Part shown: positions 1 through 27,464 of the stretch, piece after piece
Position numbering within the stretch: position 1 is the stretch's first letter
How the letters are laid out: each line of letters begins with the position of its first letter
DNA from: Macrostomum lignano
Lineage: Eukaryota
Assembly: GCA_002269645.1 (NCBI GenBank)
Contig: NIVC01003659.1
Location: forward strand, 20,733 to 84,732
Reading direction: 5' to 3'
Length of the DNA: 64,000 nt
The notes under the pieces: generated by a model
What the model was told of the DNA's origin: nothing
The model's input: the letters and a program-made list of their open reading frames with translations, nothing else
Databases searched by the model: none
Translations under genes and position numbers: made by a program

Positions 1-3000
1 CTTAGTAATGAGCAGGAGATCCGGCCGTAAGGAGTGAGTATTACGAAAATATACTTGCAAGGACTACTCAAGTAACATATATATAGGACGCTACACTCGA
101 AATCCATGGTAAATGTTTTGAAGGCAACTTTTCGCCGAAAAATACACTACAGAGATAGGAGGTTTTAATTTTTTCAGCACAAAAATTGTTATTGCTTTTA
201 ATAGGAGGCAGATCCAGTGTTCATCTTTTGATATATTGTGCCTTTTTTATTGCTCTATCGATATTCATAAAGCTTTTCGTTCAGAAATAGTTTTAAAGGC
301 AGGTTTAACCGGAAAACTACACTGCGGAGATAGGAAATTTCCAGATTTTCAACACTAAAACAGTGATTGGGTCTCTTAACAGTGTCAGAGAAAGTTCTAA
401 TCACACTATTTTGTGCCTCACATGCTGCTCTAACGATGCATTAATCGATTTTTCATGTTAAATTGGTCTGTCACTTGAGAAAACGTTAAAAATAATAAAA
501 AGACTTCCTGTACGTTCCTTACCTGCCTACGTTCGTCTACTTCAGCTGGCCAAATGTAGAAGCGGGTCATCAGAAATTTGTGCATACGAGTGTAATAATA
601 TTTTCTGGTTGATTTTTTGATACCGCCCTTTGAATCCAAGTTGATTCGATAGGATGTACAGGTAGATAGTGACTGAAAAGGCTCCTTAAGTTGAAAAATC
701 TACATGAATGTGTTGACTCAATGTGAAACACATTGGTGAATTAAGTGAAAAACAGCAGAGCACCATTCTGTTCCAGAAAAATCCTAAATACAAAAAACGA
801 GTTGTCTGTCTGTAGCTGGCTAGCAATGCAATGGATTTTAGAAAACTTTCCACTAAAAGCGAGCGAGTTTATTACTAACCGAGCCGACCGCCTCTTCTCC
901 AGACCGACGCGCCATTGGCATGCAGGGCGCGAAGACGGCAGCGGAGGCGGCTAAACTGGCGGCCACTGGTGAGTGACAGCCGCGTGCCTTCATCGGCTCT
1001 GATTTCCCGCGAGACGGGCCGCCAGCCTCCTGAATTGAATGAGATGAAGATCTCATTTAGAAAAATCTCAAAACTGCAGTCCAACGTTATTTAATTTTAG
1101 AATAATTTTTGTTGCGCCATTTTAGATTCACCGGAGCCACCGCAGAACCGGCGGAAAATTCGGCCACAGCAGCAGCCGCCCCAGGTAACAGCTAAGGGCT
1201 TTAAATTATCCACTGTCGTCGGTAGGATTTCTTTGCACTTCCATAGACTTGAAAATTCAGTTGAGCTCCAGATGTGACGGGTAGCAGCTCTGGGCTGTGT
1301 TGGAAATACAAGGTGGGAGATGCGGCTGATTAAGTACGAGTATTGATTAAATAGCTTTATTCACTCGATGTGACGTACTGTTTGTACTTTGAGTATTTGG
1401 AGAATTTTTACACGTAAAGCCAGTATGCAGCTCAGCTCAGCTGTGAACGCGTCTGACTCTCGTGCCATGACCCCTGGTTCGATTCCGTGCTACGCAAGTG
1501 CTATTTGGTTTACATGCCTGACGATTAGAAAGTCAGAACTGCTATAGTACACCCTGTGTGAGCGCGTGTATTGAGTGCTTGCCTGCTTACAGTTTTGCCG
1601 TCAGTGCTGGTTGTGGAATTAAAGTACACTCGTAGCACATCAGAGCTAAACTTTACCTGAACAAATTTATCAAGGCCAAGTCGGGAAATTCTGACTCTGA
1701 GCATCGCAACGCAGTCAATAGTGAGGAGGGCGGCCGCAACGGCGGCGGCGGCGGCTCTGCGAGCGGCCCAGACGCAGTAGAGTCGAGCGCCGACAATGGA
1801 ACAAACGAAAGCGCTTGAGACTGCAGGATGAAGATGAGCAACCAGGAACAATCATGCAACGAAGATGACGAAACTGCCCCAGCTTCTAGGGAAAATCATT
1901 CGACAGAACTGGTTTTCCTCTTTTCCTCAGCTCTTGATTTCTTAGAATTTTAAATAGCTAGCTATACCAGTAGCTTAGTCGTTCCTTGAAATTAGCATAC
2001 TTTTTATGGTCCACTTTTTCAAAACAATTACAAGTCGCTAATATGACCGAATCTCCATGATTCCCATTCCCATTTCTATGAAAGCTTTAGCCCTAATTAA
2101 CTGAAATTATATTGCTATTCGATTCAGCAATCGCGCTTTCTTCAATCCGCAACTTTAGTTACTGCGGTTGCTACTTTTGACATTTACTAAATCCTTTCCT
2201 ATGAATATTAATCCTATGGAAGTATTTCCAGCGCAAGATGTGTTCATGACACCATTTTTTTGAAGGGCTACCTGGAAATCTCTCCAATGTCGCCCCAGTT
2301 GGCACCTCAGTTTTATTTAAGGCATAAATTTAGTTTTTGCTTTGTTTTCGTCTGGAAGTTTACAGCTTATTGCCGTTGTGTCCATTTACGTACTTCAATA
2401 TTGAAATTGACTCCGTGAAATTTTGCTATTTGAGCATCTGGATTTTGAAAAAGAAACCCTGCTTTCAAGACCATTATTCTCTTCTATAGAGAAATTTGAC
2501 TGCATCAAATAATAAGCTCAATTCATTAAATCATTAAAAAGGAAGACAAAACAGAGAAAACAGCTCAGATTGTACGTGTAATTTCCTGCCCAGGATGCTC
2601 TACGCTCGTACTGTATTGTTATGAGACAAATCACCACTCACAGTGGGCCAGTCTGTTCCCAAACCTCATTGTGAACTCATTGCCCAGTATGCTTCTACAA
2701 GTGGTACATTGGACGCGGCAGACAAAAATAAAGCTGTTAGAACGAGAAAAAAGACAGATTTTTTTCTCAACTCAATGTGTTGTTCGCAAATTAACAAGGT
2801 TCTGTTAGGACGCGAGCTACTGGTACAAAGACTACAATTGATAGAAAATACACCAAGCGTTAGTGTTCAAAACTCTAATACAGAAGTGTCCTACAAAGAA
2901 AGTGGCAGAGGTAGGTGATGAACGAGAGACTTTCGAAACTTAATTGCGAGTAAAACTGTCGATGGGACCTCTTGCACTGTCAAAACTTTCGAAGGGCATT

Positions 3001-3159
3001 ACGAGCTAGTATTTTAGAGGATTAGTGTGTCAGGAATGAACAGAGGCATCACGACCTGGATCATGCAGAAAATAAATCAGTTAAATTGTGTGGATTGTGT
3101 GGAAACGTTGCTCTTATCTACTACGATCGTATTTCAGTTTTAATGTCGCTTCTAATCTT

Positions 3160-3430
3160 ACCCAGCCAGCCAATTAGCCTTAGCGTCGCTTTGTCACCTA
3201 ACCCAGCCAGCCAATCAGCTTCAGTGCTGCTTTCTCACCCTTACCCGGCCAGCCAATCAGCTTCAGTGTCACTTTCTCACCCTTACCCGGCCAGCCAATC
3301 AGCCTTAGTGTCGCTTTGTCACCTAACCCAGCCAGCCAATCAGCTTCAGTGCTGCTTACTCACCCTTACCCAGCCAGCCAATCAGCTTCAATGCCGCTTT
3401 CTTATCCTTACTTAGCCAGCCAATCAGCTT
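3160..3430 (+). repeat. 42-bp minisatellite with CCAATCAG in each unit (~6 copies)
   Basis: ACCCAGCCAGCCAATCAGCTTCAGTG.. repeats. Confidence 0.9.
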
Positions 3431-4659
3431 AATTATTGAGTCCACATATGGTATCACTAGAAGTGCGGAAGCAATGAGTTAGTATTCATTAAAGGTAGAC
3501 AAGCAGAAATGGGCGCAGATGAAGCACAGAATGTTATCGATGGTATATAACGCAGTACTACAGTGCATGTATGTATGACAATTTTCTCTTTTTTATCGCT
3601 ATCTAAGTTTTATTAGGGTTACAAATACGGATGGAGAATCTTTTGGTGACAGCTGCGCGAACCAGCATAGAGAACAGAGAGAAAAGCCGCATACAAGGTA
3701 TATATTTATATATCGCAGAAACTGTTCCGAGCTCATCACAAACGATTGTTGACTAGATTGTATTCGGGGGGAAAAACTCCCCAACTCGAATCGCTAAAGG
3801 GAATAATGCTAGAGTGTTGAGGAAACACACAAAACGTCGGCATGTGAGAAAATAAAACAGTTGCAACTGAGACCAGAACAAGTCAAAAGTGCATCGATAA
3901 TCAGAGACTAGAGGCTACAACTGTGCAGTACTTAGTCACGGCAAATTCACATTTACAGACTAGAATTTTATCAAATTAGTTATATCGGAAACAAAAAACC
4001 GCGCATCGGAAAAATAGCAGATCAAAGCAGAGTGTTAGGCCACGCTGTCCCAGTTGCAAACGCGTTTAATGGGCAACAAAAAGCTTCGAGGCTAATACAA
4101 ACAATTATAGTTTTAAAAAATCGCTTAAGAGTTACATCTAAAAGTACAACAAAACCTTATGGTGCCTTTCCGCTCGGTCAGCCAATCGGGCAGATCACGT
4201 CAAGATCTCTAAGTCAAGAAATAGTTCAACGGAATCCAGTGCTATTACCGCAATATTGGCTATTCGCTATAGAGCGCTGTTTAAGTCAACTTTTGGAGCC
4301 AACTGAAATGGAGCACACGGATTAAAGTTAGTGCCAAATTAAAACTTGTACCGGCGTTAAAGTATGCATATATTTTTTGTATTCAAATTTGAATTCGCGC
4401 CAAAATGGCATTGTCAAACAATCGTTTAACTAACAGGTAAAGCTTAAGGGTAGGTATTTATTTTATTCTTTGTATCTTTATGATTAAACGAGACCGACTC
4501 CTCCGTTGGAGGAGAAAGGGGATGGAACTCCTATCGCCAGAATTCCATTCCCTGAAATCCATTAGCTGAATCCCATGACCGAATCCCATCTTCCATATCC
4601 TCTCCAACTCCTCTATAAAACCTCTCAAATACCATCTCTCTACTGCCATCGTTCAGACT

Positions 4660-4905
4660 GAGACTCTCTCCTGTCTCCTCTCTCCTCTTTAGTCTCTCAT
4701 CTTTAATCTCTCCTCTCTCCTCTCTGCTCTCATCTCTCCTCTCTCCTCTCTCATCTCTACATCTCTAATCTCTCATCTCTCATCTCTCCTCTCTGCGCTC
4801 TCATCTCTCTACTCTCTCCCCTCTCCTCTCCTATCTCATCTCTCGCCTTTTCTTTTCCCTCTTTCTCTCCTCTCCTCTCTCCCCTCTTCTCTCCTCTCTT
4901 CTATA
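4660..4905. repeat. CT-rich low-complexity tract
   Basis: (CTCT/CTCCT)n. Confidence 0.9.
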
Positions 4906-5182
4906 TATCTAAGTTCCGCATTTGAGTTACCAGCCGTCTAGGAGGAGATACCCGTTAAACCCGGTCGGTAGGTCCACTCAGCTTTAGATATAAGATGTCA
5001 TTTTTGGTTGCTTGTAAGTAAAATAATTTTCAGGACGTTTGAGGATTGTCAAACAATGTTTCAGGGCCGTTTGGGCGCGGATTTGAGTTGGATTTACTTT
5101 TTTACAAGCGAAACCAGACATACTATTCATATATATTTACGTGGATAGAAACAGAAGCACCAAGATATATCAGGATGTTCAC

Positions 5183-19544
<14,362 letters not shown>

Positions 19545-19550
19545 CTACTA

Positions 19551-19935
19551 CAGGGGTCGGCAAGCCTTTTTAATCTAAGGGCCTTGCTAATGAAGAGAGA
19601 AATAAGTCACAGAAATAAGTTTGCGAAACCTGAGCTACTATATTGTCGGCTGATTTTCCATGCAGGAATGGCATTCTTGCACTCTTTTGCGTGCAGGAAT
19701 GGATGTCTATGGTAAAATCTCACTGAAAAAGCATTAGCGCAGAAATGCATTTCTGCACTGTTTTGTGCATCCCTGCACGATGAATAATCCGACAATGGGA
19801 TTCCTTCACGTTCACTCGTGCGTGAAGGACATCGTGAAATCGTGCGCTAGCGCGCACTCGTGCAGATGTCATTCCCGCACTCGTGACCGTGCAGGAATCA
19901 TTCAGTACCGTCGCCCAGTTTCCGGCAGACCCCTG
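19551..19935. mobile_element. Putative hAT-type MITE
   Basis: Starts CAGGGGTCGGCAA, ends ..GACCCCTG. The 8-bp flanks ACCTACTA and AGCTACTA match at 7 of 8 positions. Confidence 0.45.
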
Positions 19936-20135
19936 AGCTACTATAGTACCGTCGCCCCAGTTTCCGGCAGACCCCTGAGCTACTATAGTACCGTCGCCTC
20001 AGTTTCCGGCAGACCCCTGAGCTACTATAGTACCGTCGCCTCAGTTTCCGGCAGACCCTGAGCTACTATAGTACCGTCGCCTCAGTTTCCGGCAGACCCC
20101 TGAGCTACTATAGTACCGTCGCCTCAGTTTCCGAT
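19900..20135 (+). repeat. 42-bp minisatellite (~5.5 copies)
   Basis: AGTACCGTCGCCTCAGTTTCCGGCAGACCCCTGAGCTACTAT. Confidence 0.92.
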
Positions 20136-20661
20136 TGTCTCTTGTTTCTGTTTGTTAAAAGTCCAGAAGGAGCTAATATTCATTGCAGGGAGTAGCTCAG
20201 GGCCAACTTCAACTATTTCAGAGCTACTGATTCTGGACTGCATGCAAGTTTGCGGGCACCAGACGCCTACTAAACAAAAGAATATAAAAGTACACTAAAG
20301 CAATTTGTGAATTTTCCCATCGCGCGAAATATTGCCGAATCCTAGGAGAATAGATTGCTCTATAATTAGCTAATTATTGCAAATAGTTTACAGGGATTTG
20401 GGGCGCACCTGCCGCTTCAAACAGCAGCAGTTCAGGGCGCTAACACACCTTTTCTGCAGTTGGCCAAATTGGCGGGAGCCGCTGAATACGCGCAGCCCTG
20501 AAATCTGATGAAAGCGCCGCGAAAATTGCAAAGGCAAAAAAGGGGTCCAGAGCATGGAGCTCTAAACATAGCTGTCTAGATTGGAAACTGCTTGAAAGAG
20601 AAATTTGTGTCTGAAATCCATTGAACTCGCGTGTAATCTTTGATACACAGGTGAACCTACC

Positions 20662-21069
20662 AGGACCACTGTAGTATAACAAGACGGAAAACCCAAAGAT
20701 CGTGCAATTTTTTAGGAAGCCACGATTTCCTGGAAAAAAAATACACTGCAGAGATAGGAAAAAAATAATTTTCATTACAAAATCAATGACTGCATTTGAT
20801 CTGGGCAGTGAAGATTCTCATTTATTTAATTTAGCATGCAGGTACTCTTAGCCTTAAGCTAGTCTTTGTTTAAAAAGGGATAACTTTCTAAAGACAACAG
20901 AGTATGAATAATGATATTGGTAAACATTGTCTACATTCAATAATTTATCATTGATCTGGTGATTAAAAATGACTGTTTCCTATCTCCGCAGTGTATTTTT
21001 TCCATAAATTGGTCTCCTAAAAGTACAAGATTTTTTAGTTTTACGTCCTGTTATACTAACAGTGGTCCT
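20662..21069. mobile_element. MITE with long imperfect TIRs; a related copy lies at ~60-400
   Basis: AGGACCACTGTAGTATAAC.. mirrored by ..GTTATACTAACAGTGGTCCT. The internal motif TACACTGCAGAGATAGG is inverted here and recurs at ~140 and ~320. Confidence 0.6.
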
Positions 21070-21130
21070 TGGTACCGTAGTCATTGTAACCACTCTAAGT
21101 TTCAATTCCAGATGCCCTATTTAGAAATCC

Positions 21131-21881
21131 NNNNNNNNNNNNNNNNNNNNNNNNNNNNNNNNNNNNNNNNNNNNNNNNNNNNNNNNNNNNNNNNNNNNNN
21201 NNNNNNNNNNNNNNNNNNNNNNNNNNNNNNNNNNNNNNNNNNNNNNNNNNNNNNNNNNNNNNNNNNNNNNNNNNNNNNNNNNNNNNNNNNNNNNNNNNNN
21301 NNNNNNNNNNNNNNNNNNNNNNNNNNNNNNNNNNNNNNNNNNNNNNNNNNNNNNNNNNNNNNNNNNNNNNNNNNNNNNNNNNNNNNNNNNNNNNNNNNNN
21401 NNNNNNNNNNNNNNNNNNNNNNNNNNNNNNNNNNNNNNNNNNNNNNNNNNNNNNNNNNNNNNNNNNNNNNNNNNNNNNNNNNNNNNNNNNNNNNNNNNNN
21501 NNNNNNNNNNNNNNNNNNNNNNNNNNNNNNNNNNNNNNNNNNNNNNNNNNNNNNNNNNNNNNNNNNNNNNNNNNNNNNNNNNNNNNNNNNNNNNNNNNNN
21601 NNNNNNNNNNNNNNNNNNNNNNNNNNNNNNNNNNNNNNNNNNNNNNNNNNNNNNNNNNNNNNNNNNNNNNNNNNNNNNNNNNNNNNNNNNNNNNNNNNNN
21701 NNNNNNNNNNNNNNNNNNNNNNNNNNNNNNNNNNNNNNNNNNNNNNNNNNNNNNNNNNNNNNNNNNNNNNNNNNNNNNNNNNNNNNNNNNNNNNNNNNNN
21801 NNNNNNNNNNNNNNNNNNNNNNNNNNNNNNNNNNNNNNNNNNNNNNNNNNNNNNNNNNNNNNNNNNNNNNNNNNNNNNNNN
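21131..21881. other. Assembly gap (N run)
   Basis: Contiguous Ns. Confidence 1.
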
Positions 21882-23825
21882 TCGATAACGTTGTCGGCCC
21901 AGACGACTAGAATCGCCGAGACATCCCATCCGGCTCCCTTCCTTGGGTCCCAGGGGATAAAGGGATAAAATGGGGATCTCATGTCAACTTAAGGCTCTGG
22001 AATGGAGCCCGAAGTTCAGCTCCGGCCCAAACCGACTGCAATCGATAACTTGTCGGCCCAGACGACTAGAATCGCCGAGACATCCCATCCGGCTCCCTTC
22101 CTTGGGGTCCCAGGGGATAAAGGGATAAAATGGGGATCTCATGTCAACTTAAGGTCTGGAATGGAGCCCGAAGTTCAGCTCCGGACCAAACCGACTGCAA
22201 TCGATAACTTGTCGGCCCAGACGACTAGAATCGCCGAGACATCCCATCCGGCTCCCTTCCTTGGGGTCCCAGGGGATAAAGGGATAAAATGGGGATCTCA
22301 TGTCAACTTAAGGCTCTGGAATGGAGCCCGAAGTTCAGCTCCGGACCAAACCGACTGCAATCGATAACTTGTCGGCCCAGACGACTAGAATCGCCGAGAC
22401 ATCCCATCCGGCTCCCTTCCTTGGGGTCCCAGGGGATAAAGGGGATAAAATGGGGATCTCATGTCAACTTAAGGCTCTGGAATGGAGCCCGAAGTTCAGC
22501 TCCGGCCCAAACCGACTGCAATCGATAACTTGTCGGCCCAGACGACTAGAATCGCCGAGACATCCCATCCGGCTCCCTTCCTTGGGGTCCCAGGGGATAA
22601 AGGGGATAAAATGGGGATCTCATGTCAACTTAAGGCTCTGGAATGGAGCCCGAAGTTCAGCTCCGGCCCAAACCGACTGCAATCGATAACTTGTCGGCCC
22701 AGACACTAGAATCGCCGAGACATCCCATCCGGCTCCCTTCCTTGGGGTCCCAGGGATAAAGGGGATAAAATGGGGATCTCATGTCAACTTAAGGCTCTGG
22801 AATGGAGCCCGAAGTTCAGCTCCGGACCAAACCGACTGCAATCGATAACTTGTCGGCCCAGACGACTAGAATCGCCGAGACATCCCATCCGGCTCCCTTC
22901 CTTGGGGTCCCAGGGGATAAAGGGGATAAAATGGGGATCTCATGTCAACTTAAGGCTCTGGAATGGAGCCCGAAGTTCAGCTCCGGCCCAAACCGACTGC
23001 AATCGATAACTTGTCGGCCCAGACGACTAGAATCGCCGAGACATCCCATCCGGCTCCCTTCCTTGGGGTCCCAGGGATAAAGGGGATAAAATGGGGATCT
23101 CATGTCAACTTAAGGCTCTGGAATGGAGCCCGAAGTTCAGCTCCGGCCCAAACCGACTGCAATCGATAACTTGTCGGCCCAGACGACTAGAATCGCCGAG
23201 ACATCCCATCCGGCTCCCTTCCTTGGGGTCCCAGGGGATAAAGGGGATAAAATGGGGATCTCATGTCAACTTAAGGCTCTGGAATGGAGCCCGAAGTTCA
23301 GCTCCGGCCCAAACCGACTGCAATCGATAACTTGTCGGCCCAGACGACTAGAATCGCCGAGACATCCCATCCGGCTCCCTTCCTTGGGTCCCAGGGGATA
23401 AAGGGATAAAATGGGGATCTCATGTCAACTTAAGGCTCTGGAATGGAGCCCGAAGTTCAGCTCCGGCCCAAACCGACTGCAATCGATAACTTGTCGGCCC
23501 AGACGACTAGAATCGCCGAGACATCCCATCCGGCTCCCTTCCTTGGGGTCCCAGGGGATAAAGGGATAAAATGGGGATCTCATGTCAACTTAAGGCTCTG
23601 GAATGGAGCCCGAAGTTCAGCTCCGGACCAAACGACTGCAATCGATAACTTGTCGGCCCAGACGACTAGAATCGCCGAGACATCCCATCCGGCTCCCTTC
23701 CTTGGGGTCCCAGGGATAAAGGGATAAAATGGGGATCTCATGTCAACTTAAGGCTCTGGAATGGAGCCCGAAGTTCAGCTCCGGACCAAACCGACTGCAA
23801 TCGATAACTTGTCGGCCCAGACGAT
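21882..23825 (+). repeat. 161-bp satellite array, forward (~12 visible units; left end in the gap)
   Basis: Unit GGAATGGAGCCCGAAGTTCAGCTCCGG..CTTAAGGCTCT; repeated ORFs are offset by 161 nt. Confidence 0.97.
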
Positions 23826-24358
23826 TATTCCATTCAAAACATCGATAGCTACGAAGGTGACTCCTGGAGAGACTTTGAGTTACACATCCAAGCCGCCGGG
23901 AGTGTTGGAAGTTTCGGCAAGCGACGCCGCTAGAAAACTGGAGCAACCGATTCGGTCGGTGGCATCCGTCTTGATTTTTCTTGATTTGATTCTGCCATAA
24001 TTCAAAATCCTACCGCGTGATTCTTAGAGTGTGTGACAGCAGCGGACAATCGCTTTGGTTTTAGAGATCCAGGATTGCAACTTCTTCCTGGCTTCTACTC
24101 GTCAGCAAAAGCAGGAAGTAGGACTGCAGGCTGCGATTGTCATGTACGAGCGTAATGGCATTGCTCAAACTCCTGGGCTGCTACGCTTACCACCAAGATA
24201 CATATGTAGCTATCGAAGGTCTGGTGCCGGCCTTCGCTTTGTTGATTTCGCTCTTCCACGCAGCCTTGTTGCCAGACTTTATGCTAGAGAAAACGCTTTA
24301 CCACAGCAGCGAAAGCCTACTGAGCAACATTTTAGGGGCCAGCGAGAGGAGTTTCAGT

Positions 24359-26905
24359 CAGCCCAAGGAAGGGAGCCGGATGGGATGTCTCTGCGATTCT
24401 AGTCGTCTGGGCCGACAAGTTATCGATTGCAGTCGGTTTGGGCCGGAGCTGAACTTCGGGCTCCATTCCAGAGCCTTAAGTTGACATGAGATCCCCATTT
24501 TATCCCCTTTATCCCCTGGGACCCCAAGGAAGGGAGCCGGATGGGATGTCTCGGCGATTCTAGTCGTCTGGGCCGACAAGTTATCGATTGCAGTCGGTTT
24601 GGGCCGGAGCTGAACTTCGGGCTCCATTCCAGAGCCTTAAGTTGACATGAGATCCCCATTTTATCCCCTTTATCCCCTGGGACCCCAAGGAAGGGAGCCG
24701 GATGGGATGTCTCGGCGATTCTAGTCGTCTGGGCCGACAAGTTATCGATTGCAGTCGGTTTGGGCCGGAGCTGAACTTCGGGCTCCATTCCAGAGCCTTA
24801 AGTTGACATGAGATCCCCATTTTATCCCCTTTATCCCCTGGGACCCCAAGGAAGGGAGCCGGATGGGATGTCTCGGCGATTCTAGTCGTCTGGGCCGACA
24901 AGTTATCGATTGCAGTCGGTTTGGTCCGGAGCTGAACTTCGGGCTCCATTCCAGAGCCTTAAGTTGACATGAGATCCCCATTTTATCCCCTTTATCCCCT
25001 GGGACCCCAAGGAAGGGAGCCGGATGGGATGTCTCGGCGATTCTAGTCGTCTGGGCCGACAAGTTATCGATTGCAGTCGGTTTGGTCCGGAGCTGAACTT
25101 CGGGCTCCATTCCAGAGCCTTAAGTTGACATGAGATCCCCATTTTATCCCCTTTATCCCCTGGGACCCCAAGGAAGGGAGCCGGATGGGATGTCTCGGCG
25201 ATTCTAGTCGTCTGGGCCGACAAGTTATCGATTGCAGTCGGTTTGGTCCGGAGCTGAACTTCGGGCTCCATTCCAGAGCCTTAAGTTGACATGAGATCCC
25301 CATTTTATCCCCTTTATCCCCTGGGACCCCAAGGAAGGGAGCCGGATGGGATGTCTCGGCGATTCTAGTCGTCTGGGCCGACAAGTTATCGATTGCAGTC
25401 GGTTTGGGCCGGAGCTGAACTTCGGGCTCCATTCCAGAGCCTTAAGTTGACATGAGATCCCCATTTTATCCCCTTTATCCCCTGGGACCCCAAGGAAGGG
25501 AGCCGGATGGGATGTCTCGGCGATTCTAGTCGTCTGGGCCGACAAGTTATCGATTGCAGTCGGTTTGGGCCGGAGCTGAACTTCGGGCTCCATTCCAGAG
25601 CCTTAAGTTGACATGAGATCCCCATTTTATCCCCTTTATCCCCTGGGACCCCAAGGAAGGGAGCCGGATGGGATGTCTCGGCGATTCTAGTCGTCTGGGC
25701 CGACAAGTTATCGATTGCAGTCGGTTTGGTCCGGAGCTGAACTTCGGGCTCCATTCCAGAGCCTTAAGTTGACATGAGATCCCCATTTTATCCCCTTTAT
25801 CCCCTGGGACCCCAAGGAAGGGAGCCGGATGGGATGTCTCGGCGATTCTAGTCGTCTGGGCCGACAAGTTATCGATTGCAGTCGGTTTGGTCCGGAGCTG
25901 AACTTCGGGCTCCATTCCAGAGCCTTAAGTTGACATGAGATCCCCATTTTATCCCCTTTATCCCCTGGGACCCCAAGGAAGGGAGCCGGATGGGATGTCT
26001 CGGCGATTCTAGTCGTCTGGGCCGACAAGTTATCGATTGCAGTCGGTTTGGTCCGGAGCTGAACTTCGGGCTCCATTCCAGAGCCTTAAGTTGACATGAG
26101 ATCCCCATTTTATCCCATTTATCCCCTGGGACCCCAAGGAAGGGAGCCGGATGGGATGTCTCGGCGATTCTAGTCGTCTGGGCCGACAAGTTATCGATTG
26201 CAGTCGGTTTGGGCCGGAGCTGAACTTCGGGCTCCATTCCAGAGCCTTAAGTTGACATGAGATCCCCATTTTATCCCCTTTATCCCCTGGGACCCCAAGG
26301 AAGGGAGCCGGATGGGATGTCTCGGCGATTCTAGTCGTCTGGGCCGACAAGTTATCGATTGCAGTCGGTTTGGTCCGGAGCTGAACTTCGGGCTCCATTC
26401 CAGAGCCTTAAGTTGACATGAGATCCCCATTTTATCCCCTTTATCCCCTGGGACCCCAAGGAAGGGAGCCGGATGGGATGTCTCGGCGATTCTAGTCGTC
26501 TGGGCCGACAAGTTATCGATTGCAGTCGGTTTGGTCCGGAGCTGAACTTCGGGCTCCATTCCAGAGCCTTAAGTTGACATGAGATCCCCATTTTATCCCC
26601 TTTATCCCCTGGGACCCCAAGGAAGGGAGCCGGATGGGATGTCTCGGCGATTCTAGTCGTCTGGGCCGACAAGTTATCGATTGCAGTCGGTTTGGTCCGG
26701 AGCTGAACTTCGGGCTCCATTCCAGAGCCTTAAGTTGACATGAGATCCCCATTTTATCCCCTTTATCCCCTGGGACCCCAAGGAAGGGAGCCGGATGGGA
26801 TGTCTCGGCGATTCTAGTCGTCTGGGCCGACAAGTTATCGATTGCAGTCGGTTTGGTCCGGAGCTGAACTTCGGGCTCCATTCTGGTGCTTAAGTTGACA
26901 TCCCC
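24359..26905 (-). repeat. 161-bp satellite array, inverted relative to 21882-23825 (~16 units)
   Basis: Reverse complement of the same unit. Confidence 0.97.
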
Positions 26906-27305
26906 TTACATTAACTGTGATTAACAGAAACTCAAATGGGCAGATGAGTTGCAACTGAGGCTTTGTGACCTCATTAAATAAATGCATGATGCAGACTGTT
27001 GCAGCAGGCTTGAATAATATTCGACTGGCTTTCTGAACTTGAATTTTGTAGTGATCCGCTAGTTTGGTGTTAGGCGTCGCACTTGGTCAGTAGTTTCCCT
27101 CGCCCTCGCCCTCGCCCTGGGGTCGCTGTTTGCCGCTGGTCAGCTTACTGGTGGCCTGTTTCCCCTTGACTGGTGACTTGCTCACATGACAGACCTTGTT
27201 TTCTTGAAGTCCTAAAAGTGCAGTAAACATGTTTACTGCACTCGCTGGTCTGTGTTTACGGCAGAATCACTTGCCTAAGGCCCATTCCTTCTCTAAGGAA
27301 AGGAG

Positions 27306-27464
27306 TGACTCATGTTTCTAAAAATAGATACTGAGTCACAACCTAGTGCACTCTGCCAGGAGACCCCAAGTGACGTCAGGTCTAAAAATAGAACAAAGTC
27401 ACCAGGTCTTGTGCGTTGGGGCAGTGGAGAATCCCGCGCTATAAATACAGACCCCCTCACCCTT
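27306..27464 (+). promoter_or_regulatory. Pol II promoter-like cluster (AP-1 x2, MEF2 x2, CRE, TATA); its Inr was displaced to 34732-34737 by the BEL insertion
   Basis: TGACTCA 27306, CTAAAAATAG 27318, TGAGTCA 27332, TGACGTCA 27371, CTAAAAATAG 27382, TATAAATA 27440. In the reconstructed empty site, the A of TCAGTC is 30 nt after the first T of the TATA box. Confidence 0.55.

Noticed and set aside
1430-1500. tRNA gene
   Set aside because: Only a B-box-like GGTTCGATTCC is present, with no complete cloverleaf; more likely a decayed SINE head.
20959-21982. Long ORFs of 270-309 aa
   Set aside because: Artefacts of reading through the N gap.
22002-26881. Dozens of 70-120 aa ORFs (MEPEVQLR..)
   Set aside because: They are translations of the 161-bp satellite; the period is not a multiple of 3 and no domain is recognisable.
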